59,815 nucleotides of DNA from an uncultured bacterium (GCA_965369655.1 CBDUQR010000014.1:1-59815), one strand, 5' to 3'; counted from the stretch's first letter, positions 9,056-19,967 are shown. Numbers and translations are program-made. Notes: generated by a model from the sequence alone, not told the origin.

Positions 9056-9963
9056 CAGTAGAGCCTCGCCCGTTTGTTGAGATACGCCAGTAGTGCATGA
9101 TCATACGGTACTGATGTGTCGATCAGGTGATAGTCGATGTTCGACATGCGGCATTCCCGCGAGAATTCATCGAATACACTATCGAGTTCGCGCTTGTAAG
9201 ACTTCCTGATCTGCCACGGCAGCGTGGTAATTCTTTCGCCGGTTTCGAGGTCTTCGAATATCGCTTCCCTCGGAAACGAAAAATCCCGTTCGCGCGGATC
9301 GAGCACATGGAACACAATGATCTCGTGTTTTCTGTGCCTGAAATGCTTGAGTCCCGCGAGTATCCTGTGTGGGTCGTCGAACAGATCGGACATGAGGATT
9401 ATCAATCCCCGACGCCTGATCCTGTCCGCCATCTGATGCAGCGTGTCGGAGATGTTTGTCTTTTCCGACGCCGAGAGCCTGTCTAGTTGCTTCAGAAGGA
9501 CATGCAGATGACTGGCGACCGATTTCGGCGGGATGTACGTGTGAATATCCTCATCGAACCCGACGATCCCGACAGAATCGCGCTGTCTGAGCATCAGGAA
9601 TGTCAGTGAGGCAGCCAGGTATGAGCAGTACTCGAGCTTGTTGATACGGTCTTTTTCATCCGAGTTGTAGCCCATCGAGGCGGAAGTATCGATGAGGATG
9701 TACGATTTGAGATTGGTCTCCTCCTCGTACTCCTTGACATAATATCGATCAGATTTCGCATACACCTTCCAGTCGATATTCCTGATCGAATCGCCCGGCA
9801 TGTACTGCCTGTGTTCGGCGAACTCGACAGAGAATCCATGGTACGGGGATTTGTGCAGGCCCGCAATGAAGCCCTCCACAACAAGCCTCGCCCGCAACTC
9901 CATGCTTTTCAGGCGTGAGACAACATCGGGCTGAAGATAGCGTCTGTAATCCTGCTCTGGCAT
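9055..9963 (-). CDS. DUF58 family (VWA-like) protein
   Basis: GLHKSPYHGFSVEFAEHRQYMPGD..IDWK, DTSASM; downstream of moxR. Confidence 0.92.
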   Translation of the reverse strand: MPEQDYRRYLQPDVVSRLKSMELRARLVVEGFIAGLHKSPYHGFSVEFAEHRQYMPGDSIRNIDWKVYAKSDRYYVKEYEEETNLKSYILIDTSASMGYNSDEKDRINKLEYCSYLAASLTFLMLRQRDSVGIVGFDEDIHTYIPPKSVASHLHVLLKQLDRLSASEKTNISDTLHQMADRIRRRGLIILMSDLFDDPHRILAGLKHFRHRKHEIIVFHVLDPRERDFSFPREAIFEDLETGERITTLPWQIRKSYKRELDSVFDEFSRECRMSNIDYHLIDTSVPYDHALLAYLNKRARLY

Positions 9964-10049
9964 CAGAGAATCAACTCAGATAGGTTACACATGTATTCGG
10001 TATCCGGTAGCCCACCCAGAGTTATAAGATCATTAAATGCATATACCTC

Positions 10050-10132
10050 GTCATTGCGAGCGTAGCGTGGCAATCTCCGCGTTTGATTTTCGACAATGAG
10101 ATCGCCACGTCGCTTTCGCTCCTCGCGATGAC
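10050..10132. repeat. Palindromic element of the GTCATTGCGAG...CTCGCGATGAC type
   Basis: Same family as 4401..4502, opposite orientation. Confidence 0.8.
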
Positions 10133-10188
10133 ATGGTCTGATATTTATGAGCTTTGTCAACATGCTATGAAACATCGGGGGGTTTACG

Positions 10189-11196
10189 TCATTTCTCCTT
10201 CACGTCGTCAAGCAGCCTGTCGACTATCTCGGAGGTTCCGACGCCGTCAGCTTCGGCATTGAACGATGTCACTATCCGATGCCTCAGCACCGGTTTTGCG
10301 ATGAACCTGACATCCTCAGTCGATGGCGTGTATCGGCCGTCGAGCACAGCCCTTGTCTTGGCGCCGAGGATCAGGTATTGCGATGCTCTCGGTCCCGCCC
10401 CCCATGACACCCAGTTGCGAATATAGTCGGGTACTCCATCGCGTCCCGGTCTGGTTGAACGCGCCAGTCTCACCGAGTAATCGATCACGTGATCCGAGAC
10501 CGGCACTCTCCGAATAAGCTTTTGCAGACCGACAATATCCTCGCCACTCAGGACACGATCGAGCTTCCATTCCTGAATGGTCGTCGTTGTTTTGACAATG
10601 TCGCGCTCTTCCGATTCCGACGGATAATCTATCATGATATTGAACATGAAACGGTCGAGTTGTGCTTCGGGCAATGGATATGTACCCTCCTGCTCGATCG
10701 GATTCTGTGTCGCCAGCACGAAAAACGGTTCGTCGAGTTTGTAGGTCTCGCCCGCCACGGTCACTTCATGTTCCTGCATAGCTTGAAGCAACGCGGCCTG
10801 CGTTTTTGGCGGGGTGCGGTTAATCTCATCGGCGAGAACGATGTTTGCGAATACGGGACCTTTGATAAACTTGAATTCACGTTTCCCTGAGGTCTTGTCC
10901 TCCTCGATGATTTCCGTGCCGGTAATATCGGACGGCATCAGGTCCGGCGTGAATTGAATTCGCGAGAAATCGAGTTCGAGGATCGACGCTATTGTCGAAA
11001 CGAGCAATGTCTTCGCGAGTCCCGGCACGCCTATCAGGAGGACATGGCCGTTTGAGAGAATCGAAATCAACAGCTCATCAATGACAATCTCCTGCCCGAT
11101 TATGACTTTGCCGATTTCCGATTTGATCTTGTCGCGGGCTTGCTGGAGTTTCTCTACCGCCTGAATATCTTTCGATTCCGTAATGTCGTCAGCCAT
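10189..11196 (-). CDS. moxR: MoxR family AAA+ ATPase
   Basis: GHVLLIGVPGLAKT, RIQFTPDLMPSDITG, LADEINRTPPKTQAALL, ATQNPIEQEGTYPLPEAQLDRF; start set to ATG 11196 behind GGAGGAG. Confidence 0.95.
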   Translation of the reverse strand: MADDITESKDIQAVEKLQQARDKIKSEIGKVIIGQEIVIDELLISILSNGHVLLIGVPGLAKTLLVSTIASILELDFSRIQFTPDLMPSDITGTEIIEEDKTSGKREFKFIKGPVFANIVLADEINRTPPKTQAALLQAMQEHEVTVAGETYKLDEPFFVLATQNPIEQEGTYPLPEAQLDRFMFNIMIDYPSESEERDIVKTTTTIQEWKLDRVLSGEDIVGLQKLIRRVPVSDHVIDYSVRLARSTRPGRDGVPDYIRNWVSWGAGPRASQYLILGAKTRAVLDGRYTPSTEDVRFIAKPVLRHRIVTSFNAEADGVGTSEIVDRLLDDVKEK

Positions 11197-11394
11197 ATCT
11201 CCTCCGGTCGATCGGTTTGTCGCGCGCAGCAGTATCCTGATATACACTGCCTGTCAGGGCAATGTTTCCCATAGGACCCGGTTTTACACGAATTTAGACC
11301 GATACGCGCAAATGTCAATGGGAATGTGGGATTCATGATGATCTTGCAGGGCGGGTGTTACCGACACCAACCGATTTGCTACTCGACTCATTAC

Positions 11395-12348
11395 TCAACT
11401 GGAGTACCGACGGCACCTTCGTCTATATCTCATCAAGGAACAACCGAGAGGAATCAGAAGAAGCCCAACAACGATTCCGAGCACTACAATCAAATGTAGT
11501 CGAAAATATGCTCTTGCCCAAGCTACTTTATAGATGAAATCTGAAGGGTTGTATATAATAGCACTATCGTAGCTGTCAACTGACTCCTTAGGTCTGTCGA
11601 GCTCACCCAGAACATATCCACGGTTGAACCACGATTCATGTTTATCATGCTTGTAGACAATGGCACTGTCATAGCTGGCAAGAGATTCCTTCTTTCGGCC
11701 AAGAGTCCACAGATCGATTCCGCGATTATGCCAAGCCTGATGGAAATTAGGTCTATAGCTAATAGCACTATCATAGCTCGTTACTGCTTCTTCGAGGCGG
11801 TCAAGCTTCCACAAATTGAAAGCCCTGCCGAACCAAGCTTCAGGACAATCTGGTCTGCAATTGATGGAGATATCATAACTGTTAAGAGATTCTTCGTATC
11901 TCTCAAGATCTCTAAGTGTAAGTCCCCTGTTGCACCAAGCTTCGTGGAGTAGAGGACTATACTCAACAGCACTATCATAGCTTGCTACTGCCCTCACCAA
12001 GCTATCAAGTTCTCTTAGATTGTTAGCGTAGTTGTACCACTCAACACCGAAGTTCTGTTTGTCAATTATGACGGTATTGTAGCTCCTTATGGCCTCTTCC
12101 GATCTCCTAAGTTCTGAAAATACCATCGCCTCATGAACAGCCTTGCTGACGATCTCGGCCATCTCCTCTCGACCAATTTGCGCGTCTGCTGAAAATATCT
12201 TGAAAAAGGCAACCATAACGCCTGCAAACATGATAAATACAGTGAGATACCAGCGATATTTCTTCAGTCGCTTGTATCTCCTGCTCAGCACATTGACAAG
12301 AGCGGCAATTGACGCAGCGAGCACCAATGTAAGCGAAACGTTAGTCAA
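11395..12348 (-). CDS. Membrane-anchored tetratricopeptide repeat protein
   Basis: About five 34-aa repeats (AW.NRG..L..L.R.EE...SYD.AI); hydrophobic segments at both termini; TTG start uncertain. Confidence 0.8.
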   Translation of the reverse strand: MTNVSLTLVLAASIAALVNVLSRRYKRLKKYRWYLTVFIMFAGVMVAFFKIFSADAQIGREEMAEIVSKAVHEAMVFSELRRSEEAIRSYNTVIIDKQNFGVEWYNYANNLRELDSLVRAVASYDSAVEYSPLLHEAWCNRGLTLRDLERYEESLNSYDISINCRPDCPEAWFGRAFNLWKLDRLEEAVTSYDSAISYRPNFHQAWHNRGIDLWTLGRKKESLASYDSAIVYKHDKHESWFNRGYVLGELDRPKESVDSYDSAIIYNPSDFIYKVAWARAYFRLHLIVVLGIVVGLLLIPLGCSLMRYRRRCRRYSS

Positions 12349-12465
12349 GCTTCACATCCCCATTTCACTATGAGAATAACAATTCCCCTGTAATCTACTT
12401 AGCCAATATACCAAATCAGCAACAATATACATCGAGAACTGAGTCTACATCAACTTAATTATGTC

Positions 12466-12535
12466 GTGGGCGGCAGACGTCCTCGTCTGCCCCATCTGGC
12501 ATTGATGTCGGCAGATGTGGACATCTGCCGTCCAC
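12466..12535. repeat. GTGG-type REP doublet
   Basis: GTGGGCGGCAGACGTCCTCGTCTGCC ... GGCAGATGTGGACATCTGCCGTCCAC; same unit at 6319..6344. Confidence 0.75.
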
Positions 12536-12647
12536 AAATTGAAAACGGCAGAACCACTGAAGGGTTTGGTCTCACTTCATCTTTTCCAGTTGGAAACAAA
12601 CTCCCATAACGCTATAATTCGCTTTGCATTTGCGGAGGTGATTACCA

Positions 12648-14597
12648 TTGAATGATCAAACTCGAAAGATCCCAACGAGAGAAGGAACAATACATCTCCG
12701 AGCACTATCTCTTGACATTCTGGTCACGTTATTCGCCGTAGCCAGCCTACTATCCGGTCTTGGAGTAATAGATATCTGGGGAATTGCGTATCTCTCCGTC
12801 ATACCCAGATGGCTCTCCGTATTAACTTTCGCTCTCGCCCTCGCTATCTTATGGGGTTCCCGCATGGTCAGGACGACCACAGAGATCAAACCCAGGCAAC
12901 AGTTCTCGAAGCGAATGACACTGATTATCATGGCAGTTGCATCGCTTGCGATCATTGTCCTGTTCATCGTTCTCAGGTCCAAGAACCATTTGCTCGGAGA
13001 CGGTTACACTGTGCTTTCAAACGTAGCCGATCCCAACGTTGTCCTGCCGACCGAGTTGCTGGCATATCTGAGTACACGGTTGGTCTACTATCTTACTGGT
13101 AGTGCAGAGTTGTCTTTTGTCGTTTTGGGAGTTCCTGCTGGAATGGTTTTCCTGACTATAGCATATCTTTATGCCAGGTCTATCTCAGATAGTGCGGTCC
13201 TAAAAGCCGCCGTTGTTCTTGTTTTTGCTGGTATCGGACAGATTCAATTCTTCTTCGGATATGCTGAGAATTATACATGGATGACAGTCTTCGTATCCAT
13301 CTTCATATACTTGGGCTACAAGTACGTGGTTGAAGACAAGTTCTTCTGGTTCGCAATGGCATCTTTCGTTATGGCGGGGTTATTTCACCTTTCGGCGTGG
13401 TTTCTCCTTCCCGGCGCACTGTTTCTTCTATTGCAAAGATATCGCCGCTCCCGAAGGGTACTCTATGTATTTGCCTTCGTCTTGATATTGGTTGCAGCCG
13501 GATTCCTTGCCGTCTCTTTCTATCTCCGCTATGAAGGATCACAAGTCTTTGTCCCGTTGTGGGCGACCAACCTGAATCCATATTCTCTGTTCTCCTACTG
13601 GCACCTGATCGACATTGGAAATTTAGCGTTGCTTGCAGCACCATTGCCAATCATCACAATACTAATCTGCCTGCCAGGGGTACGCCAGATCATCTCACGG
13701 TCACGTAGTGAAGGATTATTCCTGAGCCTGTGTGTCGCATCTGGTCTGTTCTTCTCTCTCATCATTGACCCCAAAATGGGTGCTGCCCGTGACTGGGACC
13801 TGCTATCATTCTTCGCAATTCCAACCACCTTTCTTGCGGCCTTCTGTCTGGCGAGGATGAACCTTAAAGGGCCGATGTACAGCAGATTCCTGGCTGCTGC
13901 AATTGCCGTACTAATCTTCCACAGTCTACCCTGGGTTATCTCAAATACGTTTGTTATCGAATCGAAGGACTTTCTGAAGAGAGTAATAGCTGATGACCCA
14001 CATTACGGTCCCACCTACTACAAGGGATATCGCTTGAAATCCTGGAGTCGTCTAATGTGGGTTGAACCCTACTTTGACTTTGAGGAAGTCTGCAGAGCTA
14101 GTAGCATACGACTTAGGGCATGTCCAGATGACAACACGAACCGAGTCACTTGTTCGTACTCCTACTATTTACTTGGGAGGTTTGGTGAATCTCTCGAAGT
14201 ACTCCATGAGCTTGATTACCGCACGTTGCGCCCAGAGTCTGCACTTCTGGCTCTCCGCCTGTATCTGAGTTTTGGTGATCCGGAGACAGCTCGTAAGTTA
14301 GTGCAATATGGCTATTACAGATTCCCCGAAAACGATATCTTCAAGTGGCATTATGCGGTTTTTTCCGCTCTCAAAACTGGCCATGAAGAAGCCCTCGCTT
14401 TCTACAACTACCGCTTGGATAGACAACAGACTACTCCACGGACCATTACTGCATATGCAGAATTTGCATTGGCTCTTGGCCATACAGAGTTGGCAAAGTC
14501 AGTGCTCAGCAAAGCTGACAACGTGTCAAACATGTCAGGTCGCGAAAAAGCGGAAGTAAGGTCACTTCGCAAATTGATCGAGATTGCCGAAAGATAA
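12648..14597 (+). CDS. Polytopic membrane protein (possibly GT-C-fold glycosyltransferase-like) with TPR-like C-terminus
   Basis: RBS GGAGGTG + TTG; more than ten hydrophobic helices; LLGDG, FFGYAENY, RDWDL motifs. Confidence 0.65.
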   Translation: MNDQTRKIPTREGTIHLRALSLDILVTLFAVASLLSGLGVIDIWGIAYLSVIPRWLSVLTFALALAILWGSRMVRTTTEIKPRQQFSKRMTLIIMAVASLAIIVLFIVLRSKNHLLGDGYTVLSNVADPNVVLPTELLAYLSTRLVYYLTGSAELSFVVLGVPAGMVFLTIAYLYARSISDSAVLKAAVVLVFAGIGQIQFFFGYAENYTWMTVFVSIFIYLGYKYVVEDKFFWFAMASFVMAGLFHLSAWFLLPGALFLLLQRYRRSRRVLYVFAFVLILVAAGFLAVSFYLRYEGSQVFVPLWATNLNPYSLFSYWHLIDIGNLALLAAPLPIITILICLPGVRQIISRSRSEGLFLSLCVASGLFFSLIIDPKMGAARDWDLLSFFAIPTTFLAAFCLARMNLKGPMYSRFLAAAIAVLIFHSLPWVISNTFVIESKDFLKRVIADDPHYGPTYYKGYRLKSWSRLMWVEPYFDFEEVCRASSIRLRACPDDNTNRVTCSYSYYLLGRFGESLEVLHELDYRTLRPESALLALRLYLSFGDPETARKLVQYGYYRFPENDIFKWHYAVFSALKTGHEEALAFYNYRLDRQQTTPRTITAYAEFALALGHTELAKSVLSKADNVSNMSGREKAEVRSLRKLIEIAER

Positions 14598-14686
14598 GTC
14601 TACACGATCCTGACGGAGACAGAAGCCGGATTGTTGATCGCACATGTCTTATGTTTGACAATGTTCGGGAGTCGCGCGGAGAAATA

Positions 14687-17035
14687 CTATGGGCAGTTCT
14701 CGCAGGGCGCGGGGCCGCCCTGAAATATGTATAGGACAACATACACGAGGTCATCGATATCGACGAATTCAGTGCAGTCGGCGTCGCCTGTGATGATGGG
14801 ATCGGGAGCGGCATCCCCGCCAAAGATGTAGTTAACCAAAAACACGACATCATCGATATCGACATTCATGCTGCTGTTGGCATCGCCGCACTCATACGTC
14901 GATACGACAAACGATACCGTATCGGCATGGCAGTAATCGGCGACGGCTGCGATCAACGGTTCGTCACTGAGCGAATCGGGGACAGTTCCGACGACTGAAT
15001 CGTTTCGCACTGTGCACCAGCCTGGAATCGCACTATACGATATTTCGTGAGAAGCATCATCAGGGTCATTGATCTGCGGGTAGTAATCGAATTCGTCGCC
15101 GATGCGTGCTGCGACCTGGCCGGATTCATCCAGAATCACTGGCGGTCGATTCGACTTGTCAACTATCAGTTGCACTTCCATGACGTCACTCATCGATCCG
15201 TCTGTCACAGTCACTCGGAAGATCGTGTCGGCGTAATCGCACTCAGGAAATCCTGCGAGAGAATCATCCGATACGTCGCACCAGGATGGATGGACGAAAT
15301 ACGTAATCACAAGTTCGCTGCCATCGCAGTCCGGGTCGATCGCTTCTGCGATATAAGTGTACGGTATTCCCGGTATTGCAGTGTCAATCGCAGTCGAGAT
15401 CAGTTCCGGCGGCATGTTTGATCCGATCGGGTTGCAGCAGTCGTCGAGCGGATGCTGCGGGCAGATGTCGCATGAATCACCTATATCGTCACCGTCGGAA
15501 TCTTCCTGGTCGGGATTATATATGAACGGGCAATTGTCCTCTTCGCATTCGTTTTCCGGGTGCAGCGGATCACCGTAACCATCACCGTCGGTGTCGTAAC
15601 AGACCAGCGCGTTGATCATGACAGATATGTTCTCCGAACTGTAGTTCGCCACAGCCAGATCCAGATCGCCGTCGCCGTCAAGGTCACCGTAAGCAAGTGA
15701 CTGCGGTCTTTCGGCGGCGCGATGCGGAGTGTAGGGTGCGAATGATCCGTTACCGAGATTGGACAAGTACGACACATCGCCTGACACGAAGTTGGCCGTC
15801 GCTATGTCGAGATCGCCATCATCATCGAAATCGGCGGCGATGATCGATACCGGTTTGGTGCCGACACGATACGCGGAATAAATGGCAAACGAGCCGTTGC
15901 CGTTATTCATAAGGACCGATACGCTGTCGGCGGAGTCATGACCAGTTGCGATATCTATATCGCGATCCCCATCGAAATCTGCTGCGACAATAGAGACAGG
16001 GCCAAAGACAACGTCAAAGTCCATTCGCGGCGCAAACGATCCGCTCCCGTTGTTGATAAGAACAGAGACATCGCCTGTGACATCGTTACAGGACACGAGG
16101 TCGATATCCCCGTCGTTGTCGAGATCGCCGCACGCGACATCATATGGCTCGGTGCCAACCGGGTAGTCGATGTGAGTGTCGAATGTCGCACCACCGTTTC
16201 CTTTGAGTATCGAGATGTTGTTCGAGAGCGTATTTGCAGTTACGATATCCCCGTGACCATCGCCGTCGAGGTCGCAGACAAGCACTGATAACGGGAAGTC
16301 CCCGACATCGTGAGTCGAAGCGGAGCCGAAATGCCCCAATCCGTCATTCAGAAAAACGGTGACATTGTTGGAGTAGCCGTCAGCAATCGCGAGATCGACG
16401 TCGCCATCGCTGTCCAGGTCGGACGCGAAGATCGACTTGGGAGCAGAACCTGCATTGTAGGTTGAATCGACGACAAAATGACCGTCTCCGTCGTTGAGCA
16501 TCACTGAGACAGTTCCGGAGAATGAGTTTGCAGTCGCCATATCCAGGTCGCAATCGCCATCAAGATCAACTGCGGTGACAGAAAATGGCGCTTCCCCGAC
16601 CGCGTAGTTCGAGTCCCTGATGAATGTACCGTTGCCGTCATCGGTTTCGATGGTGAAACTCCACACGAACGGGTCTGGCAATGGTATGCCGGATAACGAC
16701 TTGACACTGTCAGTGACTGTGACCGAGACAATATCGCCGTAATGGAATGCGACTGATGGATGGAACAACGCAATCCTGCCGATCTGATTGTACGATATCG
16801 ATCCGTCGGATTTGCCCGACATCATGCTCGTCACAAATACTGTCGAATCGTTGATTGTCGACTCGTCCATGTCGCTGTCGAATGTTATCGAGATGCTCGT
16901 TGATGCGGCGACATCGAGATCATTCTGCGGGGGCGAGACCAGTACGACGTTCGGTGATTGGGCGAGAATGTCTGAAATCATCAGCGCTGCGAGGATCAGG
17001 ATAATCAGGATTCTCAGGACTGTTCGTTTAGCCAT
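14687..17035 (-). CDS. Secreted Ig-like + FG-GAP/VCBS repeat + TSP3-like + dockerin-like protein
   Basis: Signal peptide; seven D(L/F)D.DGD.D(L/I)A repeats; DTDGDGYGD/DNCP..NPDQ.DSDGD; C-terminal GDAN..DIDDVVFLVNYIF pair. Confidence 0.85.
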   Translation of the reverse strand: MAKRTVLRILIILILAALMISDILAQSPNVVLVSPPQNDLDVAASTSISITFDSDMDESTINDSTVFVTSMMSGKSDGSISYNQIGRIALFHPSVAFHYGDIVSVTVTDSVKSLSGIPLPDPFVWSFTIETDDGNGTFIRDSNYAVGEAPFSVTAVDLDGDCDLDMATANSFSGTVSVMLNDGDGHFVVDSTYNAGSAPKSIFASDLDSDGDVDLAIADGYSNNVTVFLNDGLGHFGSASTHDVGDFPLSVLVCDLDGDGHGDIVTANTLSNNISILKGNGGATFDTHIDYPVGTEPYDVACGDLDNDGDIDLVSCNDVTGDVSVLINNGSGSFAPRMDFDVVFGPVSIVAADFDGDRDIDIATGHDSADSVSVLMNNGNGSFAIYSAYRVGTKPVSIIAADFDDDGDLDIATANFVSGDVSYLSNLGNGSFAPYTPHRAAERPQSLAYGDLDGDGDLDLAVANYSSENISVMINALVCYDTDGDGYGDPLHPENECEEDNCPFIYNPDQEDSDGDDIGDSCDICPQHPLDDCCNPIGSNMPPELISTAIDTAIPGIPYTYIAEAIDPDCDGSELVITYFVHPSWCDVSDDSLAGFPECDYADTIFRVTVTDGSMSDVMEVQLIVDKSNRPPVILDESGQVAARIGDEFDYYPQINDPDDASHEISYSAIPGWCTVRNDSVVGTVPDSLSDEPLIAAVADYCHADTVSFVVSTYECGDANSSMNVDIDDVVFLVNYIFGGDAAPDPIITGDADCTEFVDIDDLVYVVLYIFQGGPAPCENCP

Positions 17036-17410
17036 CAGCCACCGTCATTGATATCAAAGTATTGACAAACACCCGCTGCAAATTGTGCTGACAATACTAC
17101 CCGCTTGAAGCGTCAGCGATGCGCAGGAAACAATCGAAATAAACCGAATCTGTCAGGATTGTCAATCCGAATTCGACAACATAACGCTGAGTGTGAATAA
17201 ACGCCGAAAACCGGCGAAGTCCTTACATCAGTTCAGCAAAGTCAGCATTCTGTGTCACGCCCTGCCTTCAGCTCGCAGCACTTATCACCGAGGTGCTACC
17301 CTCCGCTCTCCAGTCGACGATCACTACGCGCAATATTCTCCAAAATTAAACTTGACAAAAGATAGCGGTACAGCAATGTTCTGTAACTTTTAAAGTTGAG
17401 GAGGAAAGAG

Positions 17411-18541
17411 ATGAGAAAGCTTGTTTCAATCGTAGCCTTTGCCTTGTGTCTTGTCTGCTTCATGGCAAATGCCAGAGCAGCAAAGGTCACTATTTCAGAT
17501 GATGCTTTCCTCGATATCCACGGGTTTGTACAGGGATGGCTGTATATGCCAGTGGACCATGAGGGGAAAGATCCTGCTATTGTTACTGACTTTTACTTGA
17601 AGCGTGTCCGACTACTGTTTGGCGGTCAGATAGCTCCGGATGTCAATTTTTTTATCGGGACCCTGAATGGAAATATGGGCAAAAACAGTGACATGAGTGC
17701 ACGCACACTGATCGCAGATGCGTGGGTGGAATTCATCATTACTGATTATCTTAGAGTCAATGCCGGTTTGTTGAAACTACCGTTTTCAAGACATATGCAG
17801 CAATCAGGTGCAAAACTGCACGGACTTGACTTCCATGGCTCATTTCTAAATAGGTCCGGAGTAGCAATAGGTCACAGGGATATGGGAATCATGGCAAGAG
17901 GGCTGCTGTCAGACAAACAAATAGATTATCGCCTCGCTGTGGTTGATGGTAAGGAGTACAATAAGGTAGTAATTCCGGGTAATCCCGATGCAGACCCTCC
18001 GGTGCCGGACGATACCGTGGTCACAAACAAGGACGACATGCCACGCATTGTAGGCCGCGTTGGCTACAATGTCTTTGATCCGGAACCTGGTTATTTCTGG
18101 GCAGGCACATACCTTGGAAAAAAGAAGGTACTGTCATTTGGTGCCAGTTTTGACATTCAGCCCGGTGTCGGCGGTGATGAAGGCGATGAACTCTACTATG
18201 CGTTTGCCGTTGATGCTTTTGCCGATATTCCCATGGGGGAAAACGGTATTGTAGGCACCCTGAATGCCTACTATTTTGGTCCTGGCGGCATTGTTCCTGA
18301 GGGACTCGGTTTGTGGGGTGACTTTGGATACCGCATCAAGAAAATAGAGCCCCTTGTTGCGTTTGAATGGTACGAGCCAGAAGAAGGCGATGCGGGCAAG
18401 CGTCAGGCAGTGCTGGGTGGTTTGAACTGGTGGATGCATGGACACAATGTCAACCTCAAGTTTCAGTTCGGCGCTGATAAACTGAACGGGGCTGATGAGT
18501 GGACAAAAACTGCAATCGTCCAGAGCCAGGTGTTTTTCTAA
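17411..18541 (+). CDS. Outer-membrane porin (OprO/OprP-like)
   Basis: Signal peptide, FYLKRVRLLFGGQI, DAWVEF, G.LKLPFSR, C-terminal aromatic QVFF; start set at ATG 17411 behind GAGGAGG. Confidence 0.78.
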   Translation: MRKLVSIVAFALCLVCFMANARAAKVTISDDAFLDIHGFVQGWLYMPVDHEGKDPAIVTDFYLKRVRLLFGGQIAPDVNFFIGTLNGNMGKNSDMSARTLIADAWVEFIITDYLRVNAGLLKLPFSRHMQQSGAKLHGLDFHGSFLNRSGVAIGHRDMGIMARGLLSDKQIDYRLAVVDGKEYNKVVIPGNPDADPPVPDDTVVTNKDDMPRIVGRVGYNVFDPEPGYFWAGTYLGKKKVLSFGASFDIQPGVGGDEGDELYYAFAVDAFADIPMGENGIVGTLNAYYFGPGGIVPEGLGLWGDFGYRIKKIEPLVAFEWYEPEEGDAGKRQAVLGGLNWWMHGHNVNLKFQFGADKLNGADEWTKTAIVQSQVFF

Positions 18542-18606
18542 ACAGATATTTCTCGTTGTCAGGATACAGTAGAGAATAAAGGAAGTCTGGCAATCCCGAG
18601 TTAATT

Positions 18607-18666
18607 AGAAATTTCCCCAAAACCTCTATGGCGAAAGGAAGCTTAGTTGTTTTTGGGGAAATTTCT
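18607..18666. terminator. 16-bp inverted repeat downstream of porin (possible terminator)
   Basis: AGAAATTTCCCCAAAA / TTTTGGGGAAATTTCT. Confidence 0.45.
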
Positions 18667-18678
18667 GCGATTTTGGTC

Positions 18679-18707
18679 TTGACAATTGCTCATAATAATT
18701 TTAGTTT
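18679..18707 (+). promoter_or_regulatory. sigma70-type promoter of the dsrE-tusA-hdr operon
   Basis: TTGACA-17 nt-TAGTTT. Confidence 0.6.
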
Positions 18708-18806
18708 CAAAAACTTTGCCTTTTGCAAAAAGGCCAGCGTGATTGTATTAGATAGAAAATAGTTGGTTGTTGGTTTACTAATCAATAAACAATAAGGAAA
18801 GCAACT

Positions 18807-19169
18807 ATGGCAAAGAAAATGGTAATTTTTTGTGGATCGGACGAACCCCAGAAGGCGTTTCCCCCGTTCATGTTGGGAATCGGTGCCCAGGCCATGGACA
18901 TGGAACTGATGATGTTTTTTACCATGAACGGGTTGAACATCATCCGTAAGGGAGGTGCTGAGAAGATCAAGCTTGAGGGAGGGCCCAACACGCTGCCAGG
19001 GTTCATCGATATCGTCCGCGAAGGCGGCGCCGAGTTCGTGGCCTGTTCAGCGGCCTTTTCGATCGTCGGTTGTAAGGAAGAGGATCTAATTGAGGGCGTC
19101 GAATGCGGCGGCGTGGCAACATTCGTCGACGAGGCGGAAACTGCGGACATCGTATTGACGTTCAGTTGA
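18807..19169 (+). CDS. DsrE/DsrF/DrsH-like sulfur-relay protein
   Basis: MFFTMNGL, FVACSAA, GGVATFV. Confidence 0.88.
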   Translation: MAKKMVIFCGSDEPQKAFPPFMLGIGAQAMDMELMMFFTMNGLNIIRKGGAEKIKLEGGPNTLPGFIDIVREGGAEFVACSAAFSIVGCKEEDLIEGVECGGVATFVDEAETADIVLTFS

Positions 19170-19271
19170 GCCGACGATTCCAAGTGAGCTTGCGGCCGTC
19201 CAGCTACAGCAACAATCACAGCCGCAGGTTTTTGACCAGTGGCAAAGAAGGTAAACAAACGAGGTGATATA

Positions 19272-19529
19272 ATGGCAACTCCCGAAGAACTTAATCAGCT
19301 TACAGTAGACAAAAAAGTGGACGCACGAGGCACACCCTGCCCAGGCCCATTGTTAGAGGCAAAACGGGCAATTACCTCACTGTCGATTGGTGAAGTGATG
19401 GAAGTGCTCTCCGCGGATGCAAGCACCAATAAGGACATTCCCCGCTGGGCTAACAAGATTGGTCACGAGTATCTCGGTGTGATCGAGGAGCCCGGCTACT
19501 GGCGCATCTTTGTCAAGAGAGGGAAATGA
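19272..19529 (+). CDS. tusA: Sulfur carrier protein TusA family
   Basis: VDARGTPCPGPLL; start ATG 19272 after GAGGTG. Confidence 0.92.
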   Translation: MATPEELNQLTVDKKVDARGTPCPGPLLEAKRAITSLSIGEVMEVLSADASTNKDIPRWANKIGHEYLGVIEEPGYWRIFVKRGK

Positions 19530-19966
19530 CCATGGAGAAGGGTGTCGACGCCGCCGAGGAGCAGTTCCGCCCGAGAATTCTCATCTTCTCGACGGTATTC
19601 ATCTCCGATATCGGCATCGACCTGGCAGGCAGCGCGCACATGCACTATCCGCCGTCCTGCATTGCTATTCCTCTCCCCTGCTCCAGCAGCATCAAGCCGG
19701 AGTGGATTCTGTATGCACTCCAACACGGCTTCGATGGGGTGTTCGTCGCAGCCGACGGGACTGACTGCCCGTTTGTCCCTGACTGCACATACAAAACCGC
19801 AAAGATCGTGGATGATGGGCAGAAATTGCTGATAGAGCACGATATTAAGCCGGAGCGTCTTAAGATGGCGGCAGTCTGCTCGGTGTGCGCAGAACCTTTC
19901 GTAAAACACATGAACAATTTCCAGGAATCCCTCAAGGAGCTGGGACCAACACGAGGAGCAGGATGA
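19526..19966 (+). CDS. mvhD: MvhD/FlpD-like iron-sulfur subunit
   Basis: DLAG..HMHYP, PCSSS, GFDGVFV, ERL....CSVC; lacks the N-terminal CxxC of canonical MvhD. Confidence 0.8.
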   Translation: MTMEKGVDAAEEQFRPRILIFSTVFISDIGIDLAGSAHMHYPPSCIAIPLPCSSSIKPEWILYALQHGFDGVFVAADGTDCPFVPDCTYKTAKIVDDGQKLLIEHDIKPERLKMAAVCSVCAEPFVKHMNNFQESLKELGPTRGAG

Positions 19967-19967
19967 C

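Noticed and set aside
9963-10175. 70-aa ORF between moxR and DUF58 (also 4301..4531 and 4348..4860)
   Set aside because: These are translations of the GTCATTGCGAG palindromic element or antisense overlaps
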